Below, in pieces: positions 1-8,080 of a stretch of 32,000 nt of DNA. The notes beneath the pieces are model-generated. The model worked only from the letters and a program-made list of their open reading frames with translations, made no database searches and was not told the origin of the DNA. The first letter of the stretch is position 1. Every line of letters begins with the position of its first letter. The DNA is from an uncultured Clostridia bacterium. Its GTDB lineage: Bacteria; Bacillota; Clostridia; Christensenellales; UBA1242. Made by a program: the position numbers and the translations under genes. The stretch covers positions 78 through 32,077 of the forward strand of contig CAMOZC010000003.1 in assembly GCA_946630785.1 (NCBI GenBank), read 5' to 3'.

Positions 1-540
1 GAACAAGTTCCAGTTATGACCGTTGTAATTGGCGATACGTCAACTGATTTGGCGATTATTTTGGGTGAAAAAATTTTGTATAGTGGAATTCTTGATGTTG
101 GGGTTAATTCTTGCGTTGAAGCTATTATTGATTTAGTGGCACAAAAATTTCATGCTGAAATCAGTTATGAAACTGCGCAAGGCATTTTCCGTGATGTTGC
201 TTCGTTGTTGAAAAATGATACGCGCTACGTAAAATTTCCTGAGTTTATTTTAAAGGCTGAACAAGTCCGTGAAGTGATTTATCCACTCTATGCACAAATT
301 ATTGGTGCCATTAATCATTTGTTACCACAGGCCAGTGCAGACGTGATGCGTCAAATTCTCAGTACAGGTGTTTTATTTGGTGGTGCTGGCGCAAAGATTC
401 GCGGTTTGTCTGAAGCAGTTTATTGGAGTCTGCAATTACAAACAATGATTGCTAACGATGAAGAAAATGCCACGTTGCTTGGTGCTGGAGCGTTGCTGGA
501 AAATCCACAGTTGTTTCTAAACCTTACGCAAAACGCATAG
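1..540 (+). CDS. mreB: MreB/actin-like rod-shape protein, C-terminal part (5' end outside window)
   Basis: Frame is open from base 1 (E Q V P V M T V V I G D T S T D L A I I...); MreB-like AIIDLVAQKFHAEISYETAQGI and GVLFGGAGAKIRGL...LLGAGALLEN; followed by an M50 protease as in mre/spoIVF-type clusters. Confidence 0.7.
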   Translation, partial: EQVPVMTVVIGDTSTDLAIILGEKILYSGILDVGVNSCVEAIIDLVAQKFHAEISYETAQGIFRDVASLLKNDTRYVKFPEFILKAEQVREVIYPLYAQIIGAINHLLPQASADVMRQILSTGVLFGGAGAKIRGLSEAVYWSLQLQTMIANDEENATLLGAGALLENPQLFLNLTQNA

Positions 541-548
541 ATTTAGTT

Positions 549-1325
549 GTGCGTGTAATAATTCATCCGCTGTTTGTTTTGACAGCCGTGGTGGCGATTG
601 TATTCGCTACTACGGATTTTTTTATTGCTTTAACGGTTGCTGTCATTCTGCACGAATTTGCGCACGCTTTGGTCGCTAAGAGTCTTGGCGCTATCGCTAA
701 GCGAATTACGTTAACCCCGTTCGGTGGGGCGCTTAATTTGCAAACTAAGATTTTAACCGCACAACAAAAATGTTGGATTTATTTAGCAGGTCCAATCGCA
801 AGTCTATTGTTTAGTTTATTGTTTGGCGTCATGGTTTGGCTTTTCCCAGTTGTTTTTGTCTATCTTGAATATTTGGTGGTAGCCAATTTTCTTGTTGGTG
901 TGATTAATTTATTGCCGGTATATCCCTTGGACGGTGGCAAGGTTTTGGCGCAGTTGATTCCAGTGAAAATAATTTATCGGGCTTCTAATTTATGTTTTGT
1001 TGCAATGTTAGTTTTATCTTTGATTTGGTTTAATTGGTGGTGGATTTTCTTTTCGATTGTGATGTTGATGCAAATCAATTGGGATTTCAAACAATCAACC
1101 TATGCCGACAAGTTCTGTTATTGCGGTAAACAAAAGACTGGAAAATTCGTACGTTGCGCAGTCCTATCGACTTCTTCATTGTTGAGCATTTATAAAATGA
1201 TTGATAAGAAGCATCCCACCGAATTTGTGATAACAGATAAAAATAATCGCTTGTTTTATGAAAGTGATTTAGAAAAATGGTTGTTAAAATATTCAACAAC
1301 CACACAACTTATAGAATGTTTTTAA
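549..1325 (+). CDS. Site-2 protease family M50 metalloprotease, SpoIVFB-like (GTG start)
   Basis: HEFAH zinc motif, TPFGGALNL, NLLPVYPLDGGKVLAQL, multiple TM segments, C-terminal VITDKNNRLFYESDLEKWL. Confidence 0.85.
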   Translation: MRVIIHPLFVLTAVVAIVFATTDFFIALTVAVILHEFAHALVAKSLGAIAKRITLTPFGGALNLQTKILTAQQKCWIYLAGPIASLLFSLLFGVMVWLFPVVFVYLEYLVVANFLVGVINLLPVYPLDGGKVLAQLIPVKIIYRASNLCFVAMLVLSLIWFNWWWIFFSIVMLMQINWDFKQSTYADKFCYCGKQKTGKFVRCAVLSTSSLLSIYKMIDKKHPTEFVITDKNNRLFYESDLEKWLLKYSTTTQLIECF

Positions 1326-1331
1326 ATCAAT

Positions 1332-1407
1332 TGGTGGCGATGGCTGGAATCGAACCAGCGATACCCGGGGTATGAACTCGGTGCATTAGCCGCTGTGCTA
1401 CATCGCC
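1332..1407 (-). tRNA. tRNA-Met (CAT), elongator-like, encoded CCA
   Basis: Reverse complement GGCGATG TA GCAC AGCGGCTA ATGC A CCGAG TTCATAC CCCGG GTATC GCTGG TTCGATT CCAGC CATCGCC ACCA folds as a cloverleaf with anticodon CAT. Confidence 0.88.
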
Positions 1408-1455
1408 GTATAGATACTATAACAAACTTCTGAGAATAACGCAAGATATTTATGG

Positions 1456-1484
1456 TTGCTTTTTTTGCATGGATGTTGTATGCT
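1456..1484 (+). promoter_or_regulatory. Predicted sigma70-type promoter of rpsF-ssb-rpsR (TTGCTT-N17-TATGCT)
   Basis: -35 TTGCTT 1456-1461, 17-nt spacer, -10 TATGCT 1479-1484. Confidence 0.5.
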
Positions 1485-1500
1485 TGCAATGTATCTTTTT

Positions 1501-1523
1501 CCTGCAGTCATAAATGCTGCAGG
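1501..1523 (+). promoter_or_regulatory. Hairpin in rpsF leader, candidate S6:S18 autoregulatory element
   Basis: Perfect 7-bp stem CCTGCAG...CTGCAGG followed by GCGTTAGACC and the SD AAAGGAGG. Confidence 0.4.
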
Positions 1524-1550
1524 CGTTAGACCATAAAAGGAGGTAAAAAC

Positions 1551-1928
1551 ATGGAAAACAAGAAATCGTACGAATGTATGATTGTTGTGGACGCTAAATT
1601 AACCGAAGCAAAACGCGAAGAGTTAATTGCTAAGTTTAAAAAAATGGCAGGTGAACAAACAACCGTAGAAAAGTTAGGCCAAAAGAAATATGGTTTTTAT
1701 TACTTGTTGAATTTCAGCGCTACTCCAGATGTTCCAGCTAAAATGACCGCTTTGATGAACATTACCGAAGGTATTGATCGTCATTTGTTCATTGCTAAGA
1801 CAGATGTTATGTTGGCGCAAGATGTGATCCGCAAACAAAATCGTGCTAAAGCACGCGAAGAATACTTGGCTAAGAAAGAAAAAGAAATGCGTGAAAAAGA
1901 ATCCAAAGAAGTAAAAGAAGGAGAATAA
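1551..1928 (+). CDS. rpsF: 30S ribosomal protein S6
   Basis: YECMIVVDAKLTEAKREELIAKFKKM..., SD AAAGGAGG, synteny with ssb and rpsR. Confidence 0.95.
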   Translation: MENKKSYECMIVVDAKLTEAKREELIAKFKKMAGEQTTVEKLGQKKYGFYYLLNFSATPDVPAKMTALMNITEGIDRHLFIAKTDVMLAQDVIRKQNRAKAREEYLAKKEKEMREKESKEVKEGE

Positions 1929-1934
1929 TTTACT

Positions 1935-2327
1935 ATGAATAAAGTATTTTTAGTAGGAAATTTAACTCGTGATCCAGAATTATCAACTGTTGGTGCGAAC
2001 AGTACCAGCGTATGTCGTTTCGGAATTGCTGTTAACCGTCGTATGAGTGGTGGAAATCAAGAAACTGATTTTTACAACATTTCAGTATGGCGTGCTTTGG
2101 GTGAAAATTGTGCCAAGTTCATTAAGAAAGGTAGCAAGGTCGCAATTTGTGGTGATATCCAAATCCGTAATTACGAAGACAAAGAAGGTAACAAACGTAC
2201 TTCAGTTGAAGTTACTGCTACTGACGTTGAATTCTTAGACCGTAAGGGTGATAACCCAAGTAGTTCATACGATCAAACTAATAACGTTGAAGTTAAACCT
2301 GTTAGTGATGATTCGTTGCCATTTTAA
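1935..2327 (+). CDS. ssb: Single-stranded DNA-binding protein
   Basis: [16 protein letters not shown]...FGIAVNRR...; conserved C-terminal tip DDSLPF. Confidence 0.97.
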   Translation: MNKVFLVGNLTRDPELSTVGANSTSVCRFGIAVNRRMSGGNQETDFYNISVWRALGENCAKFIKKGSKVAICGDIQIRNYEDKEGNKRTSVEVTATDVEFLDRKGDNPSSSYDQTNNVEVKPVSDDSLPF

Positions 2328-2341
2328 TTAAAGGAGGAAAT

Positions 2342-2662
2342 ATGGGAGAAAATTTATCGACACGTGAAGTTATTGAAGAATTAAGTCGTCAAGAAAATAA
2401 AGCTAAGAGAAATGCAGCTGAAAATTCTGAAGACCGTAAAGAAAAACGTGCACCACGTCAAAGACGTCGTGTTTGCCCATTCTGTATGGAAAAAGACGAA
2501 GCAAAACGTCCGTTGTATATTGATTACAAGGATCCACGCTTGAAGAAATATGTTTCTGAAGGCGGAAAGATTTTCCCACGCCGCCAAACTGGTTTGTGTG
2601 CCGCTCATCAACGTGAATTGGCACGTGCCGTTAAGGTTGCGAAAAGCATGGGCTTGTTGTAA
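2342..2662 (+). CDS. rpsR: 30S ribosomal protein S18 (Cys-containing zinc-type)
   Basis: RRRVCPFC...[47 protein letters not shown]. Confidence 0.95.
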   Translation: MGENLSTREVIEELSRQENKAKRNAAENSEDRKEKRAPRQRRRVCPFCMEKDEAKRPLYIDYKDPRLKKYVSEGGKIFPRRQTGLCAAHQRELARAVKVAKSMGLL

Positions 2663-2690
2663 TTAACTTTACAATTAAATAACAGTCTTA

Positions 2691-2729
2691 AAAAATAACG
2701 CATATATAAATTCGTGCGTTATTTTTTTG
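2691..2729 (+). terminator. Intrinsic terminator of rpsF-ssb-rpsR overlapping the murC start codon
   Basis: AATAACGCA (2694-2702) pairs perfectly with TGCGTTATT (2715-2723), extendable with AAA/TTT, followed by a T-run. Confidence 0.8.
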
Positions 2730-4051
2730 TTGGTATTGGCGGAGTTTCTATGTCGGCTTTAGCTAAATTGTTGTTGGCACAAGGCAAAGCTGTGGCTGGT
2801 AGTGACATCGTTGAATCCGTGAATACGCAAGAATTATCTTCGCTTGGAGTTCCAGTATATATCGGACATTCGGCGGACAATCTGCAAAAACAACATGTTG
2901 ATTATTTGGTTATTAATGGTGCGATTGCGGATGATAATCCAGAACTTTTATCTGCAAAAAAACAGGGCATCAGAGTTATTTATCGTGAAACTTTGTTGGC
3001 GCAAATTACGTGTCGTTACCAGTCAGTGATTGCGGTTGCGGGATGTCACGGTAAAAGTTCAACCACGGCTATGATTGGTGCTATATTTAAACAGGGTAAA
3101 CGCCAACCAACTGTTCACGTTGGTGCACAAAATAATTTACAGATTGGTGGGCGAGAATGGTTTATTACCGAGGCATGTGAATTTAGAAAAAGTTTTTTAA
3201 AACTTAAACCGCACATTGCAGTGATTACCAATGTTGATGCTGATCATTTGGATTGTTATAAGAATCTAGACGAAATCAAACACTGCTTTGAAAAGTTTGC
3301 CAGTCAAAGTGAGATTGTAATTAAAAATGCCAGTGATGTAAATAGCACGACTTTGCGTGGTAGACAACGTACGGTAACGTTTGGGCTTGACTGTGGTGAT
3401 GTTCATGCAAAAAATTTACAGTCATTATGCAGTGGTGGTTATAGTTTTGAAATCGTAATTAATCCCAAGATTTTTGGTATTATTTATCAATTACCGCGTT
3501 TCTATCTTCATGTGCCAGGATTACATAACGTTGTAAACGCTTTGGCTGCCATTACATGCGCTTTAGTGTGTCAAATTGAGTTAGTTGCAACCGGAATAGC
3601 GCTTGCCCAGTATAACGGTATTGCACGCCGATTCCAGCGTTTTGCAACGATTGGTAACACACCTGTGATTTTGGATTATGCCCATCACCCACGTGAGATT
3701 TTGACAACGATTCAGACAGCTGAAAAAATGTATCGGAAGTACTTATTGATTTTTCAGCCACATACTTATACGCGGACAATGTCGCTGTGGAATGATTTTA
3801 TTAAAGTGCTTGCAACAGTACCACATTTGGTGATTTATAAAACGTTTGCTGCACGTGGTAAAACAATTATTGGTGGACGTGGATTGGATTTGAGTAAGCG
3901 ATTGAAGGTTAAATATCTAGCGACCGTTCAGTCTTTATCGCAATACCTAAAAGATAAGGCAGGACAGTATGATGCCATCGTCTTATGCGGAGCTGGTGAT
4001 GTAGTTAGTGGCGAATTTTTGCGAAGAAGTACTTTTGCGACAATTGATTGA
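2714..4051 (+). CDS. murC: UDP-N-acetylmuramate--L-alanine ligase (GTG start)
   Basis: [20 protein letters not shown]; ATP loop [12 protein letters not shown]; [12 protein letters not shown]; [10 protein letters not shown]. Confidence 0.92.
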   Translation: MRYFFVGIGGVSMSALAKLLLAQGKAVAGSDIVESVNTQELSSLGVPVYIGHSADNLQKQHVDYLVINGAIADDNPELLSAKKQGIRVIYRETLLAQITCRYQSVIAVAGCHGKSSTTAMIGAIFKQGKRQPTVHVGAQNNLQIGGREWFITEACEFRKSFLKLKPHIAVITNVDADHLDCYKNLDEIKHCFEKFASQSEIVIKNASDVNSTTLRGRQRTVTFGLDCGDVHAKNLQSLCSGGYSFEIVINPKIFGIIYQLPRFYLHVPGLHNVVNALAAITCALVCQIELVATGIALAQYNGIARRFQRFATIGNTPVILDYAHHPREILTTIQTAEKMYRKYLLIFQPHTYTRTMSLWNDFIKVLATVPHLVIYKTFAARGKTIIGGRGLDLSKRLKVKYLATVQSLSQYLKDKAGQYDAIVLCGAGDVVSGEFLRRSTFATID

Positions 4052-4076
4052 CAAGTTTTATTAGTCATGATATTAT
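4048..4076 (+). promoter_or_regulatory. Strong sigma70-type promoter of rpmE-prmC-prfA (TTGACA-N17-TATTAT)
   Basis: -35 TTGACA 4048-4053 overlapping the murC stop codon, 17-nt spacer, -10 TATTAT 4071-4076, 7 nt from ATG 4084. Confidence 0.8.
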
Positions 4077-4083
4077 AAACGTT

Positions 4084-4293
4084 ATGAAAGAAAATATCCA
4101 TCCAAATTATCATGAAGCAGAATTCGAATGTGCTTGCGGTAACAAATTTACTTGCGGTACTACTAAAGAAGGTGACGTTGTAAAAATTGATATTTGTTCA
4201 AAATGTCACCCATTTTATACTGGTAAACAAAAGATTGTTGATACCGCTGGTCGTGTCGATAAATTTAATAAACGTTACGCTAAAACAAAATGA
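4084..4293 (+). CDS. rpmE: 50S ribosomal protein L31 (zinc-binding type)
   Basis: [28 protein letters not shown]...[30 protein letters not shown]; the ORF-track start at 4048 lies inside the -35 box. Confidence 0.95.
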   Translation: MKENIHPNYHEAEFECACGNKFTCGTTKEGDVVKIDICSKCHPFYTGKQKIVDTAGRVDKFNKRYAKTK

Positions 4294-5132
4294 AATTAGC
4301 AGAATTAATTGCGCAAACTGGAGAGCATGAAGCAGTCATCCAGGTTTTGTGTCATCTGTTAGAAGCTGAACGGACTAATGTTTTTTTAGTAAAAGATTTT
4401 AGCGATTCTGTTGTTAAGAAAACGATTGAAATTATTAATGAATATAAAAAAGGTATTCCTTTAGCGTATTTGCTGGGGAATACTTATTTTTATAATCGCA
4501 AGTTTATTGTTACACCAGATGTGTTGGTACCACGTCATGATACAGAAGTTCTGGTTGAATTAGCCGAAAAAAAAATTATTGCTGATTCATTAATAGGTAA
4601 TGAAAATTCACCATATCGCATTTTAGATTTGTGTTGCGGTTCTGGCGTTATTGGGATTTCTTTAACTTATTTATGTAACTGGTTACATGAACGTCACCAT
4701 GATTTAACTTATGAAGTGGTTAGTGCTGATTGTAGTGCAGCAGCTTTGGAAGTGGCAACGAAAAATGCTGCGTTGCATAATGCTGATATTACTTTTGTTT
4801 TAAGCAATTTATTTGAAGATGTTCATGGTAAGTTTGATTTGATTGTTTGTAATCCGCCATATGTTCGTACGGAAGATATTGGCGTAGAGGATAAATGGGT
4901 TTTAAAAGAACCGCGCATTGCCTTAGATGGGGGTATTGATGGTTTGTATTTTTACCGGCGCATTTTAGCAACAGCCAAAGAGCATTTGCGTACTAATGGT
5001 ATGATTATTTTTGAAATTGGTTATGACCAGGCAAGTGCACTGGAACAAATTGCACAGAAAAATGGTTACCATGGTGTTAGGGTTTATAAAGATTTGGCAA
5101 ATCGCGACAGAGTCGTTACAATAAGGGTATAA
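4290..5132 (+). CDS. prmC: Peptide chain release factor N5-glutamine methyltransferase
   Basis: [54 protein letters not shown] motif; overlaps rpmE by 4 nt. Confidence 0.93.
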   Translation: MKLAELIAQTGEHEAVIQVLCHLLEAERTNVFLVKDFSDSVVKKTIEIINEYKKGIPLAYLLGNTYFYNRKFIVTPDVLVPRHDTEVLVELAEKKIIADSLIGNENSPYRILDLCCGSGVIGISLTYLCNWLHERHHDLTYEVVSADCSAAALEVATKNAALHNADITFVLSNLFEDVHGKFDLIVCNPPYVRTEDIGVEDKWVLKEPRIALDGGIDGLYFYRRILATAKEHLRTNGMIIFEIGYDQASALEQIAQKNGYHGVRVYKDLANRDRVVTIRV

Positions 5133-6175
5133 TGTTTGAAGAAGTAAGTAGTTTGGAAAATAAATATGTGCAACTGTTAGAGCAATTAACTTTACCAGAA
5201 GTCTTTAATGACTTTGCGCGTTATTCACAAATTTCCAAAGAAGCCGCTAAGTTAGCTCCTACTGTGGAAGCTTATCGTAAATACCAAAAATTAGTGAATG
5301 ATATTGCTTTAGCGCAAGAAATTACCGACCCTGAATTAGCGGAACTAGCAAAAGCAGAAATTGCTGAGAATCAGGTTTTATTGGAACAAACTGAACAGGA
5401 ATTAAGAGTTTTGTTGACACCGAAGGATGAGCGTGATGACGCCAACGTTATTATTGAAATTCGTCCTGCAGCTGGCGGTGATGAGGCTTGCTTGTTTGCA
5501 GCGGTATTATTGCGGATGTACACGCTTTATGCGACTGCTAATAACTTTGCTGTAGAAATCACTGATATTGAAGAGAATGGAATTGGTGGCGTTAAAAACG
5601 TAACCTTTATGGTTAAAGGTGAAGGTGCTTATTCAAAGTTTAAATATGAAAGTGGTGTGCATCGTGTACAACGTGTACCAGAAACTGAATCTCAAGGGCG
5701 CATTCATACGTCTACCGCAACAGTAGCAGTTTTGCCTGAAGCCACAACCGTTGATTTTCAAATTGATGAAAAAGATTTACGTATTGATGTGTACCGTGCT
5801 TCTGGTGCTGGTGGACAACATATTAACAAAACTGAAAGTGCGATTCGGATTACACACTTGCCGACCAATATGGTGGTAACTTGTCAAGATGGTCGCAGTC
5901 AACTTGCAAATCGCGAAAAGGCTATGACGGTTTTGGTGTCTAAATTGGCGCATTATTATCAAAGTTTGGAAGATGAGAAATATGCTTCAACGCGTCATGC
6001 TCAAGTTGGTACAGGTGACCGTAGTGAACGCATCCGTACTTATAACTATCCACAGGGTCGTGTTACCGACCATCGTATTAATCGCACAGAATATAATCTC
6101 ACCAAGTTTGTTGATGGTGAGATTACAGATATGGTTGATGCTTTACGCATGGCGGAATTAAAACAACAGAGTTAA
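5132..6175 (+). CDS. prfA: Peptide chain release factor 1
   Basis: GGDEACLFAAVLLRMY, GAGGQHINKTESAIRITH (GGQ), RSERIRTYNYPQGRVTDHR. Confidence 0.96.
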   Translation: MFEEVSSLENKYVQLLEQLTLPEVFNDFARYSQISKEAAKLAPTVEAYRKYQKLVNDIALAQEITDPELAELAKAEIAENQVLLEQTEQELRVLLTPKDERDDANVIIEIRPAAGGDEACLFAAVLLRMYTLYATANNFAVEITDIEENGIGGVKNVTFMVKGEGAYSKFKYESGVHRVQRVPETESQGRIHTSTATVAVLPEATTVDFQIDEKDLRIDVYRASGAGGQHINKTESAIRITHLPTNMVVTCQDGRSQLANREKAMTVLVSKLAHYYQSLEDEKYASTRHAQVGTGDRSERIRTYNYPQGRVTDHRINRTEYNLTKFVDGEITDMVDALRMAELKQQS

Positions 6176-6648
6176 ATTTTCTTGGCAATTTCTTCTTCAA
6201 AGTTTTTGATAAAGTCAACAAAGGTTGAAACATCTTTAAATTGACGATAAACAGCAGCAAAGCGGATGTAGGCAACTTCGTCAATCTTTTTTAATTCTTC
6301 CATGACCATGTCACCGATGACGCTGCTGGCAATTTCTTGTTGGTCACCAATAACAGCATTAGCAATTTGCATTTCAATACTTTCGACAATGTTATCAATT
6401 TGCTTCATTGAAACCGGACGTTTGCCAGTAGCAGCAATAATACTGTTTTTGATTTTTTGTGAATCAAATGATTGACGGCTGCCGTCGCGTTTAATGACTA
6501 ACAGTGAAACACGTTCAATGGTTTCGTAACTGGTAAAACGTTTACCACATTTTAAACATTCGCGACGACGGCGAATTGAATTTGAATTATCATTGGTACG
6601 GCTGTCGACAACCTTATTATCGTGTGAACCGCAATTTGGACATCTCAT
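6172..6648 (-). CDS. nrdR: Transcriptional repressor NrdR (ATP-cone, zinc ribbon)
   Basis: MRCPNCGSHDNKVVDSR...RRRRECLKCGKRFTSYETIE...VIKRDGSRQSFD; SD AAAGGAG. Confidence 0.95.
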   Translation of the reverse strand: MRCPNCGSHDNKVVDSRTNDNSNSIRRRRECLKCGKRFTSYETIERVSLLVIKRDGSRQSFDSQKIKNSIIAATGKRPVSMKQIDNIVESIEMQIANAVIGDQQEIASSVIGDMVMEELKKIDEVAYIRFAAVYRQFKDVSTFVDFIKNFEEEIAKKI

Positions 6649-6689
6649 GATTTTATGCTCCTTTGTTCTTTAAGATTTCTAATTATAGT

Positions 6690-7319
6690 TTAACATTTAC
6701 TGTCTTCATATGACAAGCAACATTTTAAACGTCCACAAATACCGTTAATTTTTTCCGGTGTTAGCGATAAGTTTTGTTGTTTTGCCATTTTGATGGAAAC
6801 ATCAGGGTAGTTATGACAAAATCTTTTGCAACAGCATTCTTGTCCACAAGGTCCCAATGCACCAATGGCCTTAACTTCGTCACGGGCACCAATTTGGTGT
6901 AATTCAATGCGTGTGTGCAGGGCACTGGCTAAATTACGAACTAACTCGCGGAAATCAACGCGTTGTTCAGCAGAGAAGTCAATAACGACTTTGCTGGCAT
7001 CAAAAGTGTAGTGTGCTGACATAACGTGCATATCTAGTTTTAATTGTTCGGCCATCGTGGTGGCTTTTTCTTTGGCAAATTCAGCTGACTTTAATAGCAG
7101 GTTAATTTGGCTTTGGTCTTTTGGTGTCGCACGACGGAAAATTTGTGCGTGATTGGGTTCATGCTTTTTCTTGTCCACACCCTCATCCGCGACCACGCCC
7201 CATTCAGAGCCGGTAGCTGTTTCCACAATGACATATTCATTCGGTTTTAAATCCGTAATGTCACTATCAAATTTAGTAGTTTGCGTTTCGTTAAAAACTC
7301 GGACATGATATGTTTTCAT
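6690..7319 (-). CDS. ricT: PSP1-domain protein RicT/YaaT-like (Cys-rich)
   Basis: CGQECCCKRFCHNYPDVSIKMAKQQNLSLTPEKINGICGRLKCCLSYE. Confidence 0.88.
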   Translation of the reverse strand: MKTYHVRVFNETQTTKFDSDITDLKPNEYVIVETATGSEWGVVADEGVDKKKHEPNHAQIFRRATPKDQSQINLLLKSAEFAKEKATTMAEQLKLDMHVMSAHYTFDASKVVIDFSAEQRVDFRELVRNLASALHTRIELHQIGARDEVKAIGALGPCGQECCCKRFCHNYPDVSIKMAKQQNLSLTPEKINGICGRLKCCLSYEDSKC

Positions 7320-7327
7320 ATAAATAA

Positions 7328-7356
7328 ATTATAACACTGCGTTGTATTCTATGCAA
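7328..7356 (-). promoter_or_regulatory. Predicted ricT promoter inside the 3' end of the upstream gene (TTGCAT-N17-TATAAT)
   Basis: Minus strand: TTGCAT (7356-7351), 17-nt spacer, TATAAT (7333-7328), 8 nt from the ATG; no SD. Confidence 0.7.
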
Positions 7357-8000
7357 ATGCAGTTTGGAAAAAAAATTTCAATCTGTTCAATAATGTCATG
7401 AGATAAATTGGTATCGGCATGTATAAAAATTTGTTTAGGTGCCACATCGATTAAGGCGTTGATAATATTGTCTTCGCATTGTTTTAGCGGTTGTAATTTT
7501 TGGTCACAAATTGTTGTATGATTATTGATATTCATTACATGAACTTCAGCAATGCGATAGTCCATGTTTAAGATTAAAAAACGTAATAATTCGTTAAATA
7601 AAACTTTTTGGGTTAGTTGTAGGTGATTTTCATTAACTAACTGAATCACTTCATCCCAACGGCATTTTAAGCGATATAGTGCGAAATCATATAAAGAATC
7701 CAATAGAATTCGTGGCGTTAATTGAAATATTGAATTGGCAATAACCGTATCAGATTTCTTGTCATAATTCACTAAAACTTTAATGAGAGTGTCGTTTTTG
7801 ATATAGAGCCTGTCCCATAAATATTTTGCTTTCATCACTGTTACAATTTGATTGGTGATGCAATCCAATAATTGGTATTGGTTAATGTTCTGTTTTAAGT
7901 TTAAAACGTAACGGTGATGGTTACATTTAATTTGTCCGTTGAATTTTTGTGCTAGATGTTTAAGACTAGAGATAAAGCGTTCATCAGTAGAAATTTCCAT
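7329..8000 (-). CDS. YtxC-like (putative sporulation protein family)
   Basis: FNELLRFLILNMDYRIAEVHVMNINNHTTICDQ...NIINALIDVAPKQIFIHADTN...IEIFFPNCICI resembles the YtxC C-terminal pattern; located next to thrS, as often seen for ytxC. Confidence 0.6.
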   Translation of the reverse strand: MEISTDERFISSLKHLAQKFNGQIKCNHHRYVLNLKQNINQYQLLDCITNQIVTVMKAKYLWDRLYIKNDTLIKVLVNYDKKSDTVIANSIFQLTPRILLDSLYDFALYRLKCRWDEVIQLVNENHLQLTQKVLFNELLRFLILNMDYRIAEVHVMNINNHTTICDQKLQPLKQCEDNIINALIDVAPKQIFIHADTNLSHDIIEQIEIFFPNCICIEYNAVL

Positions 8001-8045
8001 ATTTTTAGTTTATGTCATTGGTGCAAATTTAATTATTTTTGCTAT

Positions 8046-8073
8046 TTGATTTATTTTGAAAGCGTGATATAAT
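8046..8073 (+). promoter_or_regulatory. Predicted thrS promoter (TTGATT-N16-TATAAT)
   Basis: -35 TTGATT 8046-8051, 16-nt spacer, consensus -10 TATAAT 8068-8073, 7 nt from ATG 8081. Confidence 0.75.
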
Positions 8074-8080
8074 GAAAGTT

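Noticed and set aside
2381-2624. Two antisense ORFs opposite rpsR
   Set aside because: Both are shadows of rpsR in different frames with no recognisable motif.
4048-4083. Upstream TTG start for rpmE (81 aa)
   Set aside because: The start codon lies in the TTGACA -35 box, and L31 proteins start at MKxxIHP.
8072-8080. ATG at 8072 as thrS start
   Set aside because: It sits inside the consensus TATAAT -10 box; ATG 8081 has correct leaderless spacing.
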